A stretch of DNA of 64,000 nucleotides, from the NCBI GenBank assembly GCA_012520995.1, contig JAAYNI010000071.1, positions 1,224 through 65,223 of the forward strand, given 5' to 3'. Within the stretch, counting starts at the first letter, position 1; the number at the start of each line of letters is the position of its first letter. This document shows, in pieces, positions 57,787 through 64,000 of this stretch. Source of the stretch: Candidatus Rifleibacteriota bacterium. Its GTDB lineage: Bacteria > Muiribacteriota > Ozemobacteria > Ozemobacterales > Ozemobacteraceae. The notes under the pieces are model-generated. The model ran no database searches. It saw nothing but the letters and a program-made list of their open reading frames with translations, and was not told where the DNA came from. The position numbers and the translations under genes were made by a program.

Positions 57787-58404
57787 ATGAATGAAAATTC
57801 ATTTAAAAGAATTGTAAAGTTTTTTAAGTTATTACTTTTATTAGTCTTTACAATATTTTTGCTTTATCACTTGCCAAAAAACAGGAAAGAGCCTCTTGCT
57901 CCTGAAGCCATTCTATATCAGAAGGCACAAGACTTGAGCTTAAAAGAGAATCCTGATCCGCAAAAGATTTTTGATATCTATAAGGAAGCTGCGGATATTG
58001 GACATTCGGAAAGCCAAGTTAAAACCGGGGAAGCTTTGTTTTATGGATTAGGTGTGCTAAAAAATCCCGAGACTGCTTTTGATTATTATCAAAAAGCGGC
58101 ATTGCAAAACAATCCTGAGGCTTATTTCCAACTTGGTACGATGTACGAGCACGGTTATCAATTGCTTGTTCCATTGGAAAAGGCTGTCGAGTATTTTCAA
58201 AGGGCAGGGGAACTGGGGTTGTCTGAAGGTTGGTTCAAAGCAGGAATGCTTGTTTTCGATGACAAAAACATGCCGCAAAGCCTACGAATAGAAAAAGCGG
58301 AAGCCTATTTCAGGCGTGCTGCTCTGGCAGGGCACGAAAAGGCTAAAGATTTGCTCTCGAAAAATGTGCCGCTTTTTGACAGCTACAGAGATTACCGCAG
58401 ATGA
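57787..58404 (+). CDS. Sel1-like repeat protein, membrane anchored
   Basis: AADIGH..SQ...G...FYGLGV, AALQNNPEAYFQLG.MYEHG, AALAGH.KA. Confidence 0.9.
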   Translation: MNENSFKRIVKFFKLLLLLVFTIFLLYHLPKNRKEPLAPEAILYQKAQDLSLKENPDPQKIFDIYKEAADIGHSESQVKTGEALFYGLGVLKNPETAFDYYQKAALQNNPEAYFQLGTMYEHGYQLLVPLEKAVEYFQRAGELGLSEGWFKAGMLVFDDKNMPQSLRIEKAEAYFRRAALAGHEKAKDLLSKNVPLFDSYRDYRR

Positions 58405-58410
58405 AGCTTC

Positions 58411-58441
58411 ATTTCTAATTTATACTTTAAATTTTAAATTT
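58411..58441 (-). repeat. Partial inverted copy of the 63-bp repeat core
   Basis: ATTTCTAATTTATACTTTA (58411-58429) is an exact 19-nt reverse complement of part of the core. Confidence 0.75.
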
Positions 58442-58488
58442 TTATAGAAGCGTTCTATATTTTAATTTATGTGAATTATTGAGAATAA

Positions 58489-58522
58489 AAAAATGCGATT
58501 CAGTTTATAGAATCGCATTTTT
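58489..58522. terminator. Bidirectional terminator between the Sel1 and S8 genes
   Basis: AAAAATGCGATTC-8nt-GAATCGCATTTTT. Confidence 0.82.
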
Positions 58523-58601
58523 GTTTATATGCAGTCTAAGGTGTGTGGTATTTCAGCTTTTTACTGTCCACAGTCTTGCCGTTCACTCATCACTGTTTTT
58601 A

Positions 58602-60059
58602 TCAGAATACAGTCATGTACATTGCTCTGACTTCGGGATCTGAAAGATCGGGCGAGGTAGTTCTGAATGTACGAACAGCTTTGTCTTTGACCTTTTTATT
58701 TGCTATTTGTATGGCTTCGTCAATAGATCTGCCTTGTTTTACTTGCTTAGCAGCATAAATAGCTCTGACATCATTTATGACTCCACTGGTTCTTACTTTG
58801 CCTTTGAGCCAGTCTTTTTTATCGACTGTGCCCATAAGAATTTTTTTGAGTTGAACAGGAGTTAAATTAGGATTTTCATTTAACACCATGGAGGCATATC
58901 TGAGAGCCATTGGGCAAGCCATAGAGGTGCCTGACATGTAACCCATCTTGTTGTTTGGATAGGTTGCATATATATTTACGCCAGGAACTGCAACGTCAAC
59001 GGTTTTAGCTCCATAACATGAGAAAGCGGCTAGTCTGCGATCCATATCGGTTGCGCCTATAACTATTTTGTTTTCAATGGGGACATTATTTGGTGAAGTT
59101 ATGAAGGGATCCAAGTTTTCAGAAGAGTTGCCGGCAGCTATAAAGACCAACGCATCTTTGCAGCCTGAGAAGAGAGCAACATCTCTGGGGAGGAAAGCGT
59201 GCTTAACAAAGAGATTTACAACCTGCTGAACTTCTTTGTCTGTAGGGTTTAGAAATCCCCATTGAGTCATGTTTTTCTTCATCATGGCAACAAGTGTCGA
59301 GTTTTCACTGCCAAAAGAGCAGTTGATCAATCTGGGTTTCATTGAAGCTATATAAGCGGCTTTTTTCTGAATATCTTTCGCATTTTTTGCCCCAAGCTGT
59401 TTGAAATATGCTTCCAAATCAGCCATGCTTACACGCTGTTCATTAGCGGAATCTTCTAAACTTCTTCCTTCTTTTTGACGTTTATCGGCAAAATGGAGAT
59501 TTACAAGATCCAAGTTAGCTTGGATAAATTTAGGAGCTGCGCCTGTGGCTATGTGTCTTATTGCGTTGAGAGAAACAGCATTGTTTTTGTCTGCAATAAT
59601 TCCAGCACAGTGAGTACCATGAGCCCAGCCGCCTATAAAGCCTATCCAAGGCTGTATTGCAGGGTCATTGTAGTTGGTTGCAAGCCAATTCCATTCGTCT
59701 TTTGTAAAGTCTTCTTTGCCGTAAGCTTGCAATCTGCCTAAGTATTCCATGATCTTGAGCAGCTTGTCATATTGTGGTGGTGTGTCATAGAGATTTACAA
59801 GAATATTGTTGTTTTCGACAAAGTTCCAGCCGTAAATATCGTCAATATAACCGTTTTTGTCGTCATCAACGCCTTTTTTTCCGTTAAGTTCAGGAAGATT
59901 GGGACGTGCTTTTGGTTTTAGCAGTTTGTGTGTAAAGTCGGTTCCTGAGTCAATTACCAGAACGTTTATTTTATTCGACGCTACAGCGGGTAAAATTGTG
60001 CCGTACATCATGGCAAGAGAAAGGGTTGCTACAAAGAGTGTCCTTATGTTTCTTATCAT
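58602..60059 (-). CDS. Secreted S8 (subtilisin-family) serine protease
   Basis: Triad VLVIDSG, HGTHCAG, SGTSMACP; GVDDDKNGYIDDIYGWNF calcium loop; AAGN. Confidence 0.94.
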   Translation of the reverse strand: MIRNIRTLFVATLSLAMMYGTILPAVASNKINVLVIDSGTDFTHKLLKPKARPNLPELNGKKGVDDDKNGYIDDIYGWNFVENNNILVNLYDTPPQYDKLLKIMEYLGRLQAYGKEDFTKDEWNWLATNYNDPAIQPWIGFIGGWAHGTHCAGIIADKNNAVSLNAIRHIATGAAPKFIQANLDLVNLHFADKRQKEGRSLEDSANEQRVSMADLEAYFKQLGAKNAKDIQKKAAYIASMKPRLINCSFGSENSTLVAMMKKNMTQWGFLNPTDKEVQQVVNLFVKHAFLPRDVALFSGCKDALVFIAAGNSSENLDPFITSPNNVPIENKIVIGATDMDRRLAAFSCYGAKTVDVAVPGVNIYATYPNNKMGYMSGTSMACPMALRYASMVLNENPNLTPVQLKKILMGTVDKKDWLKGKVRTSGVINDVRAIYAAKQVKQGRSIDEAIQIANKKVKDKAVRTFRTTSPDLSDPEVRAMYMTVF

Positions 60060-60275
60060 ATATGCCTCCGTACTTGTGTCTTGAAAGTATAATGTTTTTT
60101 CAGGGAACTGTAAAGTCTTTGAAGCTATAAGTTAGGTAAATGAAACATTTGCAAGCTTTGTTCTTTAAAAAAGCTTATGTAAAGAGAAACTAATAAAGTT
60201 TTTACTCAAGATTTACTTATTCCTGAGTTTATTATAGAATCCTCATAGACAAATATTCAGGAAGGAATGCAACGG

Positions 60276-61754
60276 ATGAAAAATGAAAAATCGCAAATTT
60301 TGCAAGAGCAGATAGAACGTCTTGCAAAACTCGGTGCTGATTACGTAGATGCCCGCATTTACCAGTTTGACAGCTATGAAACTCTTAGAATGTTCAACGG
60401 CGTTTTAGATGAAAGTACAGCTCTTTTGGAGCCTGGTCTTGGCGTGCGGGTTCTGTACAAAGGAGCTTGGGGCTTTGCTGCTACAAGCGGTAAAGCAGAA
60501 ATTGAAAAATGTTTCGACAGAGCTTTGCAAAATGCCAGAGCTGCTTCAGAAATTGTGGGTTTGCCCATTGAAATGCCTAAGGAAGATGCTTGTTCGCATA
60601 CATATAAATCTCCTGTAGAACGAAAATATTCTGATGTTTCTTTTTCTGACAAAGTTGCATTTATGTCTGATATAGACGAAAAGTTGAAGGCTTCACATGT
60701 CAAACAAAGAATGATGCAGCTGATTTTTCAAGAAATGAACATATATTTCTTGAACAGTGAAGGCAAAGAAACTTCAAGAAATCTCTTCAATGTTTTTGGA
60801 AAGATGGGAATCTTCGGCATAGACTCAGATGGTGGCTCTCACAGACGTACCGCAGATCTCTATTCAAATGGCTACGGAACCAGAGGATATGAGATGCTGG
60901 CAAATCCGGAACTCTTTGCGAATCACGCAGAGCGAATAAAAAAAGAACTTTCCGAAACTCTGGTGGCTCCGAAGCTTGAATATGGCAAACGTTCTCTTAT
61001 TATGCTGCCAGGCCAGGGCTTTTTGCAAGTGCACGAAACTATTGGTCATCCTCTGGAGCTTGATAGAATCTTAGGTTATGAACTTTCCTTTGCAGGCGGT
61101 TCCTTTGTGAAGCTGGACTCTTTTGGCAAGCTGAGATATGGCAGTGACAAGCTTTCAGTTTCCGCAGGTTGTGCTTATCCTAACTCTCCTGGAACAACCG
61201 GCTGTGATGATGAAGGTACAGAGCAAAGAACCTATTTGCTTATAGACAAGGGGATCTTGGTAAATGCCCTTTCTTCGCGTTCCAGTGTTTGCGAGGCTAA
61301 CCGCAAAGCTGGCAGAACTATTTTTGATGCAAGCGGGGCTTCAGCCAGATCTACTTCATTCTATAGACCTCCTATAGACAGAATGACTAATGTGAACGTT
61401 TTGCCGGGCAACGACGGAACTTTGGCCGATATAATCGCCAATACGGAGAACGGTATTATATTGGATACACCGCTTTCTTGGTCGATTGGCTCTAACAGAG
61501 AACACTTCCACTTTGGTTGTGAATATGGTCAAATAGTTAAAGACGGCAAAATAACAGGAACAGTCAAAAACACTTCTTATCAAGGTCATACACTTGATTT
61601 TTACAATTCTCTTTCGGCGGTCGGCAATGAATCAACTCTGGAATTGAGACAGGTCGAAAATTGCGGCAAGGGTGAGCCTAACCAAGTTTTGGAACTTGGA
61701 CATGGCATTCCCGTTATGAAATTTGAGAATGTAATCACAGGGGAAAGGAAATGA
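60276..61754 (+). CDS. tldD: TldD/PmbA family metalloprotease, TldD-type subunit
   Basis: GADYVDAR, GLGVRVL..GAWGFA, HETIGHPLELDR, DDEG, PIDRMTN, CGKGEP; alternative start at 60267. Confidence 0.92.
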   Translation: MKNEKSQILQEQIERLAKLGADYVDARIYQFDSYETLRMFNGVLDESTALLEPGLGVRVLYKGAWGFAATSGKAEIEKCFDRALQNARAASEIVGLPIEMPKEDACSHTYKSPVERKYSDVSFSDKVAFMSDIDEKLKASHVKQRMMQLIFQEMNIYFLNSEGKETSRNLFNVFGKMGIFGIDSDGGSHRRTADLYSNGYGTRGYEMLANPELFANHAERIKKELSETLVAPKLEYGKRSLIMLPGQGFLQVHETIGHPLELDRILGYELSFAGGSFVKLDSFGKLRYGSDKLSVSAGCAYPNSPGTTGCDDEGTEQRTYLLIDKGILVNALSSRSSVCEANRKAGRTIFDASGASARSTSFYRPPIDRMTNVNVLPGNDGTLADIIANTENGIILDTPLSWSIGSNREHFHFGCEYGQIVKDGKITGTVKNTSYQGHTLDFYNSLSAVGNESTLELRQVENCGKGEPNQVLELGHGIPVMKFENVITGERK

Positions 61755-63124
61755 CCATGAAAAATACATCACATGAAATTATATCGTTGGTTCGAGATAA
61801 AGCTGCCGCAAAAGGTATAAAGGCTCTTTTCTTTCTTCACGAAGAGAACAGTTCTCTTATGAGGTTAAGAGATTCAGCTGTTTCCATGAATACCTCCGAG
61901 CATTTGACAAGGCTTGATATCAAAGTATTTGGCGAAAAGAATATAGGCCATATTTTAGCTATGGGGAATATAGCTGATGAAGACTATGTGGAAGGTCTTT
62001 TATATAAAGCGGCTGAAAGAGCAAAAGTGAATTCCGGCATGACAAAACTGCCAGCTTTGCCTGTTATAGAAAAAAGCATTGAGATTGAGCGACAGTTTGA
62101 TACTGAGTTGGCTGAACTTGATTCAATCAGAAAAGCTGATTTCTATAAAAAGGTAATGGAGAAAACAGGGACTCAATATTCTTATTCTGGTTCTTGGTCT
62201 TCCGGCTCGGTAAAGCTTTTTGCAACTTCAACGGCTAATACTAACAGTCTCATGCAAAAGTTAACGGATCAATCTTGTAATCTTGTTTTACAACATCCTA
62301 AAAAATATTGGGAATTAAAACAAATTCAAAACTCTTGGAAATTTTCAGCGCTCTCTCCTGAAAAAATGGCTAAGGATTTTTTGAATATATTGCCTATATA
62401 CGAAAAGAATGAAGGTGTCAGGCTTGAGAACGGCAGATACAGAGTTCTTTTTGGGCCGCAAGCTTTGGGGACTCTCGTAGAGCTTGTAGTCAGCTCAGGC
62501 TTTACGGCAAACTTGTATGAAGAAAAGCAATCGTGGACATCAAAATTCAAAAAGGGTGACAGAATTTTGCCTGAAAATATATCTATAATTGATGATCCTT
62601 CAGAAGCTTATGTCTTTGGCAGAGATTTTGACGATTGCGGAATATTAAGAACTGCTTTCCCCCTCATTGAAAATGGCAAGCTGGGCAATATTGCTTATAA
62701 ATTTCAGGAGGCTGCATACTATCAAAAACAGCCTACTGGTCATGACAAAGCAATTGATGCTGTTATGAAGCCAGGGAAAGATACTAAAGATCCGTTGGAA
62801 GCTATGAAATCCTATGACAAGGTTCTTTATGTTCCCTTCTTGCATTATCCTGGTATTCCAAACCTTTCCAAAGGCCTCTTCACGGCTAGCACAAGATTCA
62901 ATGCCATGCTTTGGGAAAACGGAAAATTTGTAGCTCCGATTTTCTCTTCTCGTATTACTGATACTTTAGAAAATATTTTTGGCAATATATCAAAAATGTC
63001 TTCAGAAAGTGTAATGGCAAATATGTCTACTACTTACGCTAAACGTGAGCCTATAGGTATATCTATACCTTCATACATAATAAGCGATAATGTAAACATA
63101 ACAGACTCTGCTGTGTCATTCTGA
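61751..63124 (+). CDS. TldD/PmbA family partner subunit (TldE/PmbA-like, no HExxH)
   Basis: Coupled to tldD (ATGA); GRYRVLFGPQA, ISIIDDP, FDDCG, LIENG, WENG. Confidence 0.85.
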   Translation: MTMKNTSHEIISLVRDKAAAKGIKALFFLHEENSSLMRLRDSAVSMNTSEHLTRLDIKVFGEKNIGHILAMGNIADEDYVEGLLYKAAERAKVNSGMTKLPALPVIEKSIEIERQFDTELAELDSIRKADFYKKVMEKTGTQYSYSGSWSSGSVKLFATSTANTNSLMQKLTDQSCNLVLQHPKKYWELKQIQNSWKFSALSPEKMAKDFLNILPIYEKNEGVRLENGRYRVLFGPQALGTLVELVVSSGFTANLYEEKQSWTSKFKKGDRILPENISIIDDPSEAYVFGRDFDDCGILRTAFPLIENGKLGNIAYKFQEAAYYQKQPTGHDKAIDAVMKPGKDTKDPLEAMKSYDKVLYVPFLHYPGIPNLSKGLFTASTRFNAMLWENGKFVAPIFSSRITDTLENIFGNISKMSSESVMANMSTTYAKREPIGISIPSYIISDNVNITDSAVSF

Positions 63125-63132
63125 CTTTTTGA

Positions 63133-64000
63133 ATGTTCTCTCGATTCGAATTTCGCGATAAAGAAATATATAAACATCTCTTTAGAGTTGTTATACCGGC
63201 GACCTTCGGCTACTTGGGCTTAACGCTTTTTGATGTAGTAGATATATTCTGGATCGAAAAGCTGGGTGCCGAGGCGGTTGCCGGAGTAGCTTCAGCAGGC
63301 TTTATTATGTGGGCCTTGAACTCGGTTATACAAGTAACCGCTTCAGGAGCCACTTCTCTTGTTGGCCGATTTCACGGAGCGGAAGAACGTTCAAACGCTT
63401 GGCGAGTTATAATTCAGTCTGCTTGGCTAAGCTTGTTTATAAGCTCCTTGCTGGCTTTGTTTTTGGCACCTCATGTGGCAGCCCCTTTCCGTTGGATGGG
63501 GCTGTCAGGTGAATCTGCACAGGCTGCGGTAGACTACTTTTTAACTCTTCTTCTATTTTCTCCTGTGGTTTTTATTGATATGCTTGCCGGCAGTATATTT
63601 AATGGCTATGGAGATAACAAGATCAGCAATATCATAATGATATTTTGTCTGATTTTGAATGCAGTTGCGGACCCCATATTTATGTTCGGCTGGTGCGGCT
63701 TTAAGGCTATGGGGGTTAAGGGTGCGGCATACGCTACTGTCCTTGGACACTTGGTTTCCTGCATACTGCGTATATATTTCCTGCGTAAGAGAAGCTATAT
63801 ACCGCCTTTCAGGTATTTTTTGAATTTTAAGTTTAACTATGCTTCTTCTATAGTTAAGATAGGTACTCCGAACTTTCTTTCTTCGCTTATATGGTCCACT
63901 GTTTATCCTTTCTTAACCCGTCTAATAACCCCCTTTGGCATGATACCTCTCTCAGCGGTTGGTATTGCTCATAGGCTGGAAAATTTCCCATATTTCATAG
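63133..64000 (+). CDS. MATE family efflux transporter (3' end outside the window)
   Basis: Not in the ORF track because it has no stop; reads MFSRFEF...VIPATFG...FDVVDIFWIEKLGAEAVAGV...GYGD...LNAVADPIFMFG...MGVKGAAYAT...IGTP. Confidence 0.9.
   Translation, partial: MFSRFEFRDKEIYKHLFRVVIPATFGYLGLTLFDVVDIFWIEKLGAEAVAGVASAGFIMWALNSVIQVTASGATSLVGRFHGAEERSNAWRVIIQSAWLSLFISSLLALFLAPHVAAPFRWMGLSGESAQAAVDYFLTLLLFSPVVFIDMLAGSIFNGYGDNKISNIIMIFCLILNAVADPIFMFGWCGFKAMGVKGAAYATVLGHLVSCILRIYFLRKRSYIPPFRYFLNFKFNYASSIVKIGTPNFLSSLIWSTVYPFLTRLITPFGMIPLSAVGIAHRLENFPYFI

Noticed and set aside
63309-63750. Short ORFs listed at the window end
   Set aside because: They overlap the real MATE reading frame starting at 63133, which the track omitted because it has no stop.

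Overview
Bacterial chromosomal window of roughly 40% GC (judged by eye), standard genetic code, about 47 CDS. I saw no rRNA, tRNA, CRISPR array, intact transposase or prophage. It looks like a diderm anaerobe; the protein styles remind me of Candidatus Riflebacteria, which is inference only. Contents in order: recD2; two PilT-like ATPases with degenerate catalytic motifs; an AmmeMemoRadiSam radical SAM gene; nifU-nifS; a poly-Q STN-like protein; two secreted Shewanella-like phosphatases plus a deleted third copy; TPR-spoIID-recN; two TPR/peptidase-MA paralogs; lipoprotein-apbE-NusG II-Gx; a nitroreductase; a CIRCE-controlled cluster groEL-groES-groEL-hrcA-grpE-dnaK-dnaJ; a cluster of very large minor-pilin-like genes; prlC; an MlaC-like fusion; ggt; dnaE with an Omp85-like and a Sel1 gene; an S8 protease; tldD/tldE; and a MATE gene cut off by the window end. 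The most striking unexplained structure is a modular family of intergenic repeats: period-7 and period-9/10 arrays, a 63-bp near-identical core and CTAG-bounded mini inverted-repeat elements. They sit at junctions of tandem paralogs and accessory genes and sometimes supply the stop codon. All product calls come from motif recognition by eye; no database searches were run.
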